A DNA stretch of 64,000 nucleotides from Marsupella aquatica (GCA_973895155.1 OZ316891.1:9239875-9303874), one strand, 5' to 3'; counted from the stretch's first letter, positions 1 through 12,832 are shown. The notes: generated by a model from the sequence alone, not told the origin. A program made the numbers and translations.

Positions 1-1018
1 GAAAAATTAATGAAATCTCTTGCGTAGTCATCTTTCTTCATTCAAGCAAAACTTCTGCCACTCTAATTCCATGGGAGTGGACTTGTACTTCTAAATATTT
101 GTTAAATATTTGTTATTCCAACCCTAGTCTCCATTGTACACGCCTTGTGACTATTTAAAGCTATTCCAGTTCCAGGAACAAGAATTTCATTGTTGTCAAT
201 GGAAAGATGTAGTGTGGAGAGTTTGGCCGATGGATTGCAGCTCGGGTAAAGAGCTTTTGGTAAATTGTTTAAGTTTGGGGCCAACAGAAAATTAGTTTGT
301 GCAAAATTATGCAGTCATAGAAATGCTATGGGCACAATTCACCCTGTGATTGTAAATTGGTTCGTGCTCATGCAATGCAGAAAAGGTTGATTGTGGATCG
401 GAAGTCTACCTTGAGAAAGTAGGGTGTCATTAACCCTGAGCCTTATTCTCGATCTGCCAAACTTAACTTGAGCATCACTCACGCTATCGGGCAGCTTCCT
501 AATCCTCCTCAGTCCCTTGGTGGGGTTTTGCGGCCAATTACATAATTCCGTGCAGGCAAGCACTTCCGACTCCTGGTCGATGAAAAGCAACGGTGAGGCT
601 AGGAATTTCAACCTCACTTTACAGATCTTAGTAGAAAAGGGATAATAGACCCCTCACTAAATAAATGAGTATTTGGTAGCAATACAAAATACATTTGTCA
701 CCTCCATCCTTAGCGGACATCAAATGGACGTCCACAGGTCAAACCGCCGGTCCCTGCTTCTCCTTTTTGTAATGTGGAGTACACGAATTGAAGGTCAACT
801 CTCGTTGAACAAGACCTCTCAGAAATCCTACTATAGTCCCAGTAGGATCTTTGTTCCTCTGTTTGATGAACATTGCCTGAACTTAGATTCGACGCTGTTT
901 GACCACAACCTTCAAAAGACTTACATCTGTCATGTTGCAAACCGTCCAACGCTGGCAATCATCCAGAGACCCCCAGGAAAAGACACGATCTATCAATTAT
1001 GTTTTGACACAGAAATTG

Positions 1019-4000
1019 TTAAATTCCACTTGTGCCCCGTTTCACCTTCGGCTGATCCCTCTCTAACCAGTCTGGACCATAGATAGCAACATTGGTCCGC
1101 CCATATCTTCTGTCCTTGATCTGAAAAAGTATCAGCACAATAGTAAGTAAGTATTCAAGCAAATCGCAACGCCTCCGGGATTCATAAACAAAAAAGAAAC
1201 TACATGATGAACAAGAACCTTGAGACAGAACAAACCTTAATAAGTGCGCCACACGAATCAGGCATCTCATTCTTGGATTTTAGCGGATACTCCACAACCT
1301 GGACAACCACAAGATTCTAGGAGAGGTAAGCATGTGCCAGTCAAAGGACACTTAGTATGATGTTGATTTGTTTAATCTTACTTGTCCCTGATGTGTCAGA
1401 TCAAGTGAAGTGCGTATCACTGCGAGGAAACTTTGTTCATGATTCTTCTAACGGCACAGTGAAAAAGTCACGCTACACAGAAAGACACAATACTAGACAT
1501 GCCTCCCTTACACCACCGCCATCCTTCAATGGAACCCCTGAGATTGAAACAAACTCACCATAAACGTGTCTTCTTTCAATAGCGGTGATGCAGAAAGCTG
1601 CGCCATCAGCTGTGTGTACGAGACTGCTTCATATGGGGGGGTCACACTGACATAATCAAATGGACCACCAAAAACTTCGGCTGCAGTATACAAAACAGAT
1701 GCAAAGGGTCAAAGGTGGACCATTTGAATCTGCGTTAGTCCGGCCAGCTGTACTGGTTATTGACACTAATTGTAGCCTCTTGGCCATTCGCGTACTACAA
1801 AAAGTTTGATTTACGGTGATGGGACCTATTGCTCTTGTGTTGTTAGACCACCCTGCAACGAAAGAACTGGATCCTAATTGGATGATGACATTGTTGGAAA
1901 ACAAATTCTTACCCCCGCGTTTTGAGGCTTGTTCAAGCAAGGTCTCGACCTTGGATGTATGTATTACTGTTTGATTGTGACAGTTTGTGTCCTCAAGATT
2001 AGGGCGTAGTACATTAGTGATCACCCACGGATCCATTTCCACAAAATGTGCTTCCTGACATGCAAGCAACAGAAACTCCGGACTAGTCGCGAATGTACAA
2101 CCGATATCCAATCTCATACTTAACGTGAGACTTAGAGCAACAGAACTTGAGCAAAATAAAGCCAATGCTGAACAAAGCTCTGTCCCATGCCACGCAAGAA
2201 GTTCCAACAATGAGTCCTAGTTCAACTGTAATGATCAACTTCCAAAGCTCTATATTCCGTACAATATAACATCATTCAACCCTAACGACAACCCTTGCTT
2301 CAACACGTCAACAACGATTTTTCAAAGGAGTTTAGTTCAACAGCAAAGTACACATAAGAGACTTTCCCACTGGATTTAGGACCTTACAAACATTAGAAAA
2401 AGCTTTCATCAAGCTAAGAAAAGACTTACTGCACAACAACCTCTGCTCATAGCCTCAATGGCAACTGAACCTGTGCCACTGTAGAGGTCCAACCATCGCC
2501 CTGATGGAGAGCTTGGATTCCAACTATCCAGAGACTGTTGACAAACAACGTATATCAGACGATATCTGCGTATTTCTTTGCAACCAAAATTTTGAGACTT
2601 TAGTGCTCAAAGGTAACTGAGAAATTGGTTTGTCGGAGGAGGACCAAATTTTGACTGCTCCACGGATCACCCATGTAAAATTGTGACTTCATACTCGGTT
2701 CAACAGTTCTGTACTAGAACAAAATATGATACCTTAAGGATGTCGAAGACAGCCCCTCGCACCACTTCCATCATTGGCCGTACTTTGGCATCAGCGGGAG
2801 ATGTGAGCTTCTTTCCAGCACATCTTCCTGCCATTACCTGCAACACACGCGGATACTTGGAGAGATTCACAACTGGGACCATAATATTGTGTCGCAGGAT
2901 TCAGTTGGTTTTGGTTCTTCAAGGCTTACAAGAGACAGAGCTTTTTCGAAACACAGGGTTGACACGATTGCCGATTGATAGGTCAGACAGTACTGTTTGC
3001 CAACAAATTAATCAAGACAGACGCCCTTCAAATGTATGAATTCTCTTTGCTTTGCTGCCGAAGGGCAATCATTATTCATCTCCTATGGAAAATGACTATA
3101 GCTTAGCGATTTCTTTTCACGGTCGTTGAAGAGATCAGTACCTTCAACAGCTTATGAGTGGCTCTCGGAGGTTCTACTGGAGTCTTGTCGACAATCGCCC
3201 TTTTTGTGCGTCGTACACTCTGAAGTTGTTGCTTCAATCTCACTGGCATTTGAACGCCAGCAACCTCCATCATCTGTATGTTCAAAATATCGAAATCAAC
3301 CTTAGATGCAATGATCAGCAACACAATTACAACATTATTGATGCTTACCGATAATTGCCAATTCATCTACAAGATCTTGTTCCATGTTAAATAAAAATAA
3401 ATACAGAATGTAAAAGTCTACCAAACCCTGGTGACCATTATAGCGTGATGAAAACTTGTGGAGGAAACTCGTTCACGCAGGTATAGTTGGCAGAAATCTC
3501 CTACTTTGTTCCAACATGGCGATAAAGGTTTGTAAAGAGACCAGCCTCCAAATAATCCCAATCTCCTAACGCAAGAATAGGCATTTTCGCCTGACAGAAG
3601 AGAAGACCTGTTCGCAGTTTCAATAAAACAGGAGCAATAATATGCAAAAACACTCACCTCTTCAGAGGCTGCAAAATCGACCTTCCAACCATCATCGATG
3701 GTATAAATATCCTCTTCTCTCATGTCTGTGCGGTTTCCCTTGGTTTGGTCTCTGCCATCCTCTTTGTCTCTCCCTGAGCCTGAATGAAATTATAGTGAAA
3801 GGATTGACAAAGAGTTCGGACGGAGCACAGGGTCCAAATCTCAGTACGAACGTCGGAGAGAGTTTTGCCTAGCCGAAAGTGAGCTTAGGTCCCTATTTAT
3901 GAATGTCAGCCCTGTTCAGTAAGGTAGATGGCAGATTAATGTCCGAAACTTACTTGTCCCAGTCGTTGCAGGTCGTTGCGAAGCACATCGTGAAGTAACA

Positions 4001-4725
4001 CTGGTTGCAAGAGTAGAACTAGAAAGGCCACATAAGGTTCTCCTTCCTTCAGATGTCCAGGCGTGGACCCTTCAAATACATGCACGGGGAATTAGGACAA
4101 GACCCTCCACGACGGCAATTTTATCCCTCGTATTATAATCTACACCCATTATGAAACCCTTTTTGAATGATCTTACAGCTTGAAGACTGGCATTATAGAG
4201 ATCCGATTGTCTCATCCGACAGTCCTTCACTGTAGATTGTCAAGTTTGAGTGTTGTGTCTGCACAGTTAAGATCCGCTTCCAACGAGAGCTTTTTATTTT
4301 CTTTTTTTGAACAGAACCTCACCAAAGAGGTATCACGAAATAGAGGATCCCATGAGCAGCGCATCTAGTTTACATCACAAAGTTGGGATTCTTGAAGGGA
4401 ATTCTTCAAGGAACCCAAATCTCGGATGGAAAATCATCTTCTTTTTAGTGGAAATTTGAATTACAGAACAAGCAATAGAATCCATCGTTCTCAAGAATTT
4501 TTTCCCTATTTCGTGCGTAAAAGTCCCGGCCATGGAAATTCACTTGAAGGAAGGACACGATGCAGTCCTCAGAAGAAATTCCGTTGAACATTTGTAGCTA
4601 GGTTTCCTTTCCAGTGGCACCCTACAGAGCTAAATGCAACACGCAGCGTACCTGACAGACAGCGGCAACGCAGAGCAGCAGAACGGAGAGAGGTGCAGCA
4701 TGGCAAATTTCTCTGGTCCTGCCAT
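1019..4725 (-). CDS. rsmD: RsmD/YhhF-like SAM-dependent rRNA methyltransferase (plant organellar type), 10 coding exons, ~360 aa
   Basis: Phase-consistent GT-AG exons: 4725-4652, 4069-3954, 3779-3658, 3273-3142, 2837-2733, 2534-2430, 2054-1913, 1680-1559, 1298-1236, 1120-1019 (sum 1083 nt). Motifs VRPMMEVVRGAVFDIL, WLDLYSGTGSVAIEAMSRG, AHFVEMDPWV, FDYVSVTPPY, VVEYP, DRRYGRTNVAIYGP. The first three exons and the start codon (alternative ATG at 4758) are less certain. Confidence 0.88.
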
Positions 4726-4941
4726 GGCAATGCCTTGAACTTGAGGATGCACGGGCATCGCATGCCCCACATCCACCAGCCTTGCAAAATGAGTCACTAC
4801 AAAAGCCGTTTGCTATGATTGTAATGAGCGTGCGGTGGTGTTGTGCACATCTTGCTTCCTTTTCCGTAGAAGCTATTGAGGTCTGAATCTTAAACCCTTG
4901 GACCGTAAACCCTTGAACCCGTCCCGAGTGGGGACCTTGTA

Positions 4942-5278
4942 GGCTTCTTCATAAAAAGGATCTTTCTTGAAACCAAAGCGTTCCATGATCATCGAAGATT
5001 TTTTAATCATTTTGGAGACTACAACTTTGGAGTGAGAGGCTGGGGCTTCTTGGGCTTCTTCATAAAAAGGATCTTTCTTGAAACCAAAGCTGTTCCATGA
5101 TCATCGAAGATTTTTTAATCATTTTGGAGACTACAACTTTGGAGTGAGAGGCTGGGGCTTCTTGGGCTTCTTCATAAAAAGGATCTTTCTTGAAACCAAA
5201 GCTGTTCCATGATCATCGAAGATTTTTTAATCATTTTGGAGACTACAACTTTGGAGTGAGAGGCTGGGGCTTCTTGGG
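4942..5278. repeat. Tandem repeat, 3 near-identical copies of ~112 bp
   Basis: Unit ggcttcttcataaaaaggatctttcttgaaacc...gagaggctggggcttcttg occurs three times; copy 1 differs by a 1-nt indel. Confidence 0.95.
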
Positions 5279-6974
5279 ACATCAGAGGTTTCAATCCCAA
5301 CAGGTTTGGCTTCGGGACCCTCCTTTGCGGTTTGCTTAGGAGCTTTTCGGGACCCTCCTTTGCGGTTTACTTAGGAGCTTTTCAGATCTCCAGTTCACTA
5401 GAGTGTTAGCCTTCAGGGCTCCTTTGTAGGTTACTTTTGTTGTCTTTGTTCCTTCATGGGGCTTTTGGTTGGGAACCCCTCTGCTTGTTTTTCTTGTGGC
5501 CATTTTCCCTCTTTTTCTCCCCTTCATTGGGTTGCTTTGCCTTTGGGATCTTGTCCCCCAGTTGGGTGTTTTTTGCCCTTGGGCACTGTGATATATCTTA
5601 GGCATCCAACCCATTGCATCTGAGCACAAAAAGTATAAAGTAGTTGAAGCCATGGTTTTTGTGGGATACTCCTTGACTTGTTGGGCCTCTTTGGTCTTCT
5701 CGGGGTCTTTCCCTTTCCCCACTTATTGGGTTCTTTTGCCTTTGGGACCATCTCTCCCTGTTCAGAGTTCCTGTCTTTTTGGCAGTGTGATGTATAGCCA
5801 TGACAGGTGTTTGGCGCTCATGTTGAAAGACTATATTCAAAGCCAGACCACTCTTCCTTGAAGTCAGCTTTCGGTTTGAAAGCACAAAATAGCTAGCTCA
5901 AACTTTGGACTTTTTATTTAAAGGATAGTATAATAAAAAACATTCCATTTAAATTGTCAGGTAGATGTGATGTTTTACGGACAACTTTGGGCTCTTTCCT
6001 ATCCAAATTCATGAAATAATAATATAAGGTATGATGATGAGATCATAAGGAGCACTATTTAGGAGCACTTAGGACAATCATCACTCATTTGTTTTTCAAG
6101 ACTTTTGTTTAATGTTCTTTAAACCACAACTGCTCATATTGGGAGAAGTGTCCAAAGACTTCTCCCATTTTCCTCATTCCACTCACTTCTTTCCTCTAAG
6201 ATGCCAGTCTGTTCCACTTATGTGGGAAAAATTTACTGTTAATAGTGAAACTTGGATCCTATGGGAAATAGGGAACACATAACTACAACTGTAGGGAAGC
6301 CAAGTTGCAAGAGACAGCAATTGACCACAAAAGAGTAATTTTCACTTCACATTGAAAAAAGAGAAAAAGGACCAATTTTCTGAAATGGTCCAAAGAAAGT
6401 ACAAAGGAGATAAAGTAAACCAGAAAATAAAGAGTACATACAGCAAAAGAAGAGGGCAAATGCAAACCCCCAAAACCTAGAAAGACCAATAAAGGAGAAA
6501 TTAAAATTCTATCTCCGGGGAAGTGTGTGATGTTATGATCTCCATTTAGTTTTGTAACTAAGTCTCCAAGTGTAACATGGACGTCCTCTAATATATGGGG
6601 CTCTAAGGGGGCAAGCCTTTGCTGCTGCATACTAATACCACTACTAGAGATCTATGATGAATCACTCAGGCTTGATCACATTGTAACATCACTGAAATCC
6701 ATTGCCAAAAGCGCTTTGTCAAAATGGTCCTGTGGAATGAGCCCGTGATTGAATGTCTTCCTCGAGCTGCCTGTCAAAGAAGCCCATTGAACTGATGATA
6801 GAGTCTACCAAATATCTCAAATAGCAAGGCGGAGAAACGCATTTCAATAGCGAGGCGATGATGCTTGTGCTCCATATTTTCTCACCTTTTGCCGTCGGGC
6901 CCCATGTTGCCACTATCCCAATGATATCTTGACACAAAGGGTTGGTTCTAGAGTGGCTGCAGATTTCCTTTTGA

Positions 6975-7199
6975 GAGAGGATTAATGCACAAATCACCTA
7001 TTGTCAATCACTTCTCCAATTTGTTCAGAGGATTGGCCAAAACTATGCACAATCAGCTCAGTGTGAACAACATCATGGGCTCATGAATCACTCCTCCAAT
7101 TTCTTCTGAGGATTCGCAGACAATGCACAATCATCTCAGTATGGTGCGAATGTTGCCCTCATCAATCACTCCTCCAATTTGTTCAGAGGATTCGCCAAC
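6975..7199. repeat. ~80-bp tandem triplication of the cyanamide hydratase stop-codon/3'UTR junction
   Basis: aatcact(c/t)ctccaattt(g/c)ttc(a/t)gaggatt at ~7006, ~7086 and ~7164; the first two copies are followed by atgcacaatca. The 7164 copy contains the real stop codon. Confidence 0.85.
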
Positions 7200-8202
7200 A
7201 CCCCTTCCGAGAAAGCCTTCATTCCCAGCCTCGTCGTTGACGCATACGGCTTCAGAGTGCAGTCTTTGTCAATCACTCTAGCGAAGCATCTCGACCACTT
7301 CCCCCTGGGAAACGAATTGTAGATATCGTCGAATGTCTCCCTTGCAACCAGCTGCTGGTGTCCTCCCATATTATCTGCCATCCCAAAATCAGATCCTGAC
7401 ATTAGCCCTTCCTTCTCCTCTCTAGCTCCAGGCATCAAAATCAAGGCACTTACGAAGAGAACAAGCAGCACTGAAATCCTTCTTGTTTTCTCAATCTATT
7501 GCTGAAACTTCTTTCTCTCGACAAAGAGAATGAGAGGAAAGGAGCATTGAAAGCAAGGCAATTGAGAAGAGACCACGGAGAACTGAAATTATACGTGATC
7601 CTACTGCAATTCCATTGTTTGAACCTCTTCCGTCGGAAAACAGAGCAAGTTGAGAGGAAAGGGAGGAAACAGAGGGGAAATGATTCACCGAATAGAGTGG
7701 CAATCTGAATCAACTGCGTGTTTGCGCTCAAGTACCCTCTGCGGCCGACATCCTGGTGTCTGATTATCGTCTCCGCGACACTATCTCCCATCTCGGGGTC
7801 GCCTCCGTTCTCCTCCACCACCAGCTTGCGCGCAAGGAAGCCGCCGTAATACTCGAAGCTCATTTTCGTGGCAGCGATGTTTGCATCAGTCGTCCCGATG
7901 TCGTGAAGCAAGCAGCTCAAGAAGTACGTCGTGGGATCCTCGACCAGAGACGGCCAGGCCTCGCGAAAATGCTCGAGAAGCACTGCCTCGCCGATGTAGT
8001 ACACGCGCATGCTGTGGTTGTATGTCTCCGGCGAGAGCTGCGCTTTGGCGAAGGCCTGCACGGCTTGGGCGAGGGGCGACGCCGGAAGAGGGAGGGACGA
8101 GACGGAGTACACAGTGGTGGTGCTGGAGGTCAGGTTGAGCTTCAAGATGACCTCCTCCACGTCTCGGAGGACGGGCTCAAAGCCATGTTTAGTCGTCGGC
8201 AT
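7166..8202 (-). CDS. cah: Cyanamide hydratase-like HD-domain metalloenzyme (fungal Cah / yeast Ddi2-Ddi3 family), 2 coding exons, 240 aa
   Basis: Exon 8202-7689 (ATG CCG ACG...TTC G), intron 7688-7375 (gtgaatc...ggcag), exon 7374-7166 (AT AAT ATG...TGA); 723 nt in frame. Motifs HGFEPVLRD, TYNHSMRVY, LLHDIGTT, TKMSFEYYGG, VAETIIRHQD, LIQIATLFDNMG, FPRGKWSRCFA, KPYASTTRLG. Probable 5'UTR intron 8347-8222. Confidence 0.9.
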
Positions 8203-9494
8203 GGTCAGTGAGACTAGTGTGCTAGAAAACAGAAATTTGGAGGCTGGGCCGGAATGCTCCAAGATGTATAGATCAAATTGAGCAATCGGAAAGCAATCGA
8301 GCTAGCTAGAGACACTTACACACTTGATTAGATTTTGCGAGTGATACCTGAAAGGTCTGCGGATTGACTCACTACAGTACTAGGTGGAAAGGCGTCAAGA
8401 GAGAGTTGAGCCCCGAATTCATTTGTGAAACAGTACACACTCAGTGCAGAAGATTGAGATATCGGATTCCGAATACGATATGAAGAACATTAGGTGAGTA
8501 CGTTTACGCAAAGCAAGTGAGCAAACAATCGGGCATAGATAGTACGTACTGTCTACACTATTTTCTGAGCGTCTAGTATTTAAGTCAGGAACTGGGAAGA
8601 AAGATTGGGAAGAGGCAAACTACAAAACCCGAGTCCAGATTGGACGACCACATAAAGCCCAGAGCTCTCCTCTAATCTCACCAGACAATTGAGAAGCGTT
8701 ACTCACAGAGATTTATCAGTTCAACTGGATGGAACTGTCTCCTATTCACTGGTTTAGAATGGAATTGAAAGCTGTCGTCGGAACAGCGAAGTGTTGGGTC
8801 GAGGTCGTCTCAAAAGGTGTAACAGGTCAGACAAGTAAATTGTCCGCTGCAGCTGTCAATTCGCACAGTTTGTTGTTCCTTGGATGAGACATACTCGTTT
8901 CCTGGACTGAAGTGGGCGGACAGTTTGCATTCTGGTGTTCAACGTTTCACAGTGTGACAGACACAAAAGTAAAGCTAATCAGGTATCAAACTCTGTACCA
9001 CATCAGAGATGCGCGGCAATTCAACGATTACAAATTAAGGCAGCACTTCGAGCATTGATATACCACAATTCAGATTTAGAACATATAAATACGGATCTGG
9101 CAATATGTCTTACAATTGTGAGCTTCAGATTAAACCGGAGGCAGAAAACAACGAGGGTAGTTCAGCAACTAAGGAGGTCAAGAAGATCGACTAGACAACG
9201 AAAGCATATCCTCATGTTGACCCACTTCCCCGACGTCATTTTGACCCTCGAAATCACAATCTGCACACGTCAGGAACGGTCAAATTTGACCCACTGTGAC
9301 CGCGAAAGGAAGTGAGTCATTCATATTACACAGTTAAAATTGCTGGACTTGCATTGGTACCAGAATGGACTCTGCACTAACTTCAAATTTTTTGATTGCA
9401 CTTTAACTTCAAACACGGTCCAAATTTGAAGAAGAGATATTAATAGGGCCTCGAAATATATATTATGTTGCTAGTGAAAACAAAAGGTGCCCAT

Positions 9495-9616
9495 CCACGA
9501 GAAAGTATCCGAGAGGCAAGAGACCCAATAAAAGGAAGGCCCCAAGAAAAACACCACGAGAAAGTATCCGAGAGGCAAGAGACCCAATAAAAGGAAGGCC
9601 CCAAGAAAAACACCAC
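9495..9616. repeat. Tandem duplication, 59 bp x2
   Basis: ccacgagaaagtatccgagaggcaagagacccaataaaaggaaggccccaagaaaaaca at 9495 and 9554. Confidence 0.95.
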
Positions 9617-11616
9617 AAGAGCCAAAAAGCAGGGGAGTCCTTACGAAAGTCCCCCACAACCATAGACTAAGGGCCTACTAACCTGTCAACAAACTGAAAA
9701 GCCAGGTAGAGCTCCAGGGCAGACTGGATAGGAGGGTCACATAGTGATATTTTGACTATTAGTCCTAAAAACAAGTGTCTCATCCCCATGAAGATAATGA
9801 ATGCATAAGCCCTCTGTAGACAGACAGACATCCATTGTCTATAGAAGGTCATCATGACAGAAACTGAGGGATAAGGACTGTTGAACTCAAAAGATGGTTC
9901 CAAGTAGAAGTGAAAGCTATGTCAAGCAAGAGGGACATCATGGTAATTACACATAAAAAAGTAGCTCTCAGTTATGTAGAATGAACAACACCCAGGGAAA
10001 TAACAAAACAATCTGGTTTTTATTGGTATGTAAAATCCTTCCAGCCTGTGGGAAAATGCCATGTCACCAATTACACCCTACAGTGCAATATTTGATGTGC
10101 ATCTACCAGAAAAGTTACTTGACATTGCAGTGATCTCCTCTTTTGAAATTAGAATGTTTGGGTGATAAGATGAGTGGAAGTTGTGTACAGAGCCAACGCC
10201 ATAGGGGGGTTCACGATGTTCTAAAGCAATGCTGCGGAACACACTAATCCCATGCCTCAGGGGAGTAGTATGAATGCAACTGTTTTCCTCTCTAGACTTA
10301 AAGTCATTTTCTAATTGTTATTATTTTGGTACCTCAAGGTACCTTAGTGCTGGGAGACATTGGGCAAGCAAGAATGCAAAATCATGCTCCTTTTTGTGAT
10401 ATATATCAGTGTCAGCCAAAGTTATATATATGGCGATGGCACTATACCGGCACCGTTGTGACACAGCTACTCCTACTGGCAGGATGCAGTTGCAGTGCAG
10501 TCATTGTCTGAGAGAAACACCCTCCTTTGCCTTACTGTAGGGAAGACCAGATTTGCGAAATGCCATAAATATTTATCTAGATTTCATTTTTTGTACTTTC
10601 AATAAATGTATACTTAATATATGAGTGTTTTGCATCAAAATGCTTAGAATATTCCTAAAATATGCTTTGTGAATTATTTTCCATTCACGTTTCACTAACA
10701 CTACCAAACTAAAAGTTTAATGACTAGCACATTCTGTGGGCTGACAGGACTGAGGCTCGTCATGTATATTCCTACTCACAAGCATAGTCTATCTATCTAA
10801 AAACGCAGGTCTGATCAAAAGTGAAAGTTAGGATAAGGGCCTATGGTCCAGCTTTGATCTAGTAGGGGCACAACTACGGTTAGGGGTGGAGATGCAAATG
10901 GACAAGATGGTACTCGCCTTCTATTTATGAACAAAGCTTGAGCATTTGGATTAGTATATCAAAATTATACATTCACCAGAGAAATTATAGAGTGGTTCAT
11001 GGTTTCACTCTACTGACTAGGTCATAAAGTAAACTTGATTGTGAATTATAACACAGACTAGCCTCAATGCCTGAGCTTTGCTTGTAAATAGGTGATTACT
11101 CACCATTGTTGTCACTGTGACTGTAGGCACGTACTCTACCGTTCTATCACAGAGTATTAGATAACTGAGCTCCCGTTCTTTGAGCAGAAATAGAGATGAG
11201 TACATTTTTAACTCACATTCCCAACTTCAATTACACTCCCTGAGATATGGTCTAGAGTACTCAATTTAGATTGATCCAAGGCCTGAAGAGTAACTTTAAA
11301 TTGAAATTATGATATAGTTAGATTACATTATTATTTAAGTTTTTTGGTTAAGCTCATGACCTGATTGTCCCTATGCTCTTAAGGTGCCCGCTCTCTGTCC
11401 AATTCCTTGTCATTTGATTCGAAGTCTCGCACAGGGACCCACTGTGGCAAATTCCGCTGGTTCCTGCTCACTGGCCGGTCTCCCGGAGTGTGCCACTCCC
11501 CCTACAATAGATAAATCCCTGGGTTGGCTTCCTTGTTCTTAGGTCTTGCTTCTCTCTTGATACCAGCCTCTCTGGTTTTGTTTTGTTTTTTGCCTCCCAA
11601 AAATCAATTGAATTTG

Positions 11617-11769
11617 ATTCAAAAAGCCTGCATACAGAAATTCAAAAAGCCAGCATACAACATATGTTGGCCTCTCTGGTTTTGGGCACCATACTTTGGT
11701 CCACCCCTGGTGCCGATCCCCTTGTGGGCCACCCATGGGCCACCCATGTTGTATGCTGGCTTTTTGAAT
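11617..11769. repeat. Perfect 24-bp inverted repeat with 82-bp spacer (MITE-like or hairpin), plus an extra partial left arm
   Basis: attcaaaaagccagcatacaacat (11640-11663) is the reverse complement of atgttgtatgctggctttttgaat (11746-11769); partial copy at 11617-11636. Confidence 0.85.
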
Positions 11770-11783
11770 GTAATTCAAATGGG

Positions 11784-11848
11784 TGATTTCGAGACAAAAA
11801 GTTTAGCACACTGATTTCGAGGCAAAAAGTTTAGCACACTGATTTCGA
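11784..11848. repeat. Tandem repeat, 28 bp x2.3
   Basis: tgatttcgag(a/g)caaaaagtttagcacac at 11784 and 11812, partial at 11840. Confidence 0.9.
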
Positions 11849-12049
11849 TACTTCGCAAGCAAGCTTGGCCTGTGAGGACGTGTAATGCGTTCAACCTCAA
11901 ATCCAATTCATCCAATAATTCATACATATAAAACTGGTGTAGGTGGACTCGGATGAGCCAGAAAATATGCTCGTCCACGACAGACTAGGCGAAGGCCACA
12001 AATGTTCAGCTCCTAATTCACCTACTGCAATGCCAACTGTCTGCAAGAG

Positions 12050-12352
12050 CTTGAAGCACTTGGGTGAGCTGAATTTGAGGGATTGGGGATCGGGAGTCGA
12101 TAATCCTTTGAATTTTCCGAGATAAAGAGATTGGGGGTGGAGGATTCGGATGATTGGGCTTTCTGAATGACGCACAACACGTTTGTATTTTGGTCATTCA
12201 AGACCTTGAAGCATTTAGGTGTGCTGAATTTGAGAGATTGGGGATCGAGAGTCGTTGATCCCTCGAAATTGCTGAGGTAAAGAGATTGGGGGTGGTCGAT
12301 TCGGATGATTGGGCTTTCAGAACGACGTATAACACTTTTTAATGCTGGTCAT
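12050..12352. repeat. Diverged tandem duplication, 155-bp period, upstream of the DUF6817 gene
   Basis: cttgaagca...gctgaatttgag...gattggggatcg...taaagagattgggggtgg...gattcggatgattgggctttc at 12050 and 12205. Confidence 0.9.
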
Positions 12353-12832
12353 GCACCTGAGCCAGCCTTTTTCTGGCACCGTACTTGTGAACTGTCAGTT
12401 GGGTGGCAAAAGGCGAGCAATTGACATGAAAGAGTGCTGCTAGAGCTTTCCACGACCTTTTATAGCATGGTGAGATGATGAATGTCTGAGTTACCAACTA
12501 CCCACTTTGTCAATGTCTGTCTTCCAGCAAGGTACAAATTGAGATTGCGGTGTCTTTGACGAATTGGTACTGGAAGAGCTCTGCAAATTGAAAAGTTTGT
12601 CGATGACTTCGAAGCATTTCAGCTTCTTTGATGATTCGAAGCTCCTGAGACAGAAGCCTGAGTGTGAGTCGCCGCAGTGATACACCGTTGGATTGGAGAC
12701 TTGGATGAGGTCAATTGAAATCAGCGATACACGTGGAGGTAGTGTGGTCGAGAAAACTTGCCAGAGAAGAGACTTGATCACGGATACGAAGGTCTCAGGT
12801 AGGACCTCTGATCTAGGTTTCACAGAGGCAAG

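Noticed and set aside
5336-5885. Lys/Arg-rich minus-strand ORFs
   Set aside because: Product of a CT/T-rich repeat-like tract; no domain features.
7450-8262. 270-aa single-exon version of the cyanamide hydratase in the ORF track
   Set aside because: Starts at TTG inside a probable 5'UTR intron and reads into the CDS intron; the spliced model restores the conserved DNMG and C-terminus.
7756-8281. Plus-strand ORFs (151, 85, 90 aa) antisense to cah
   Set aside because: Shadow ORFs expected from GC-rich codon usage; no motifs.
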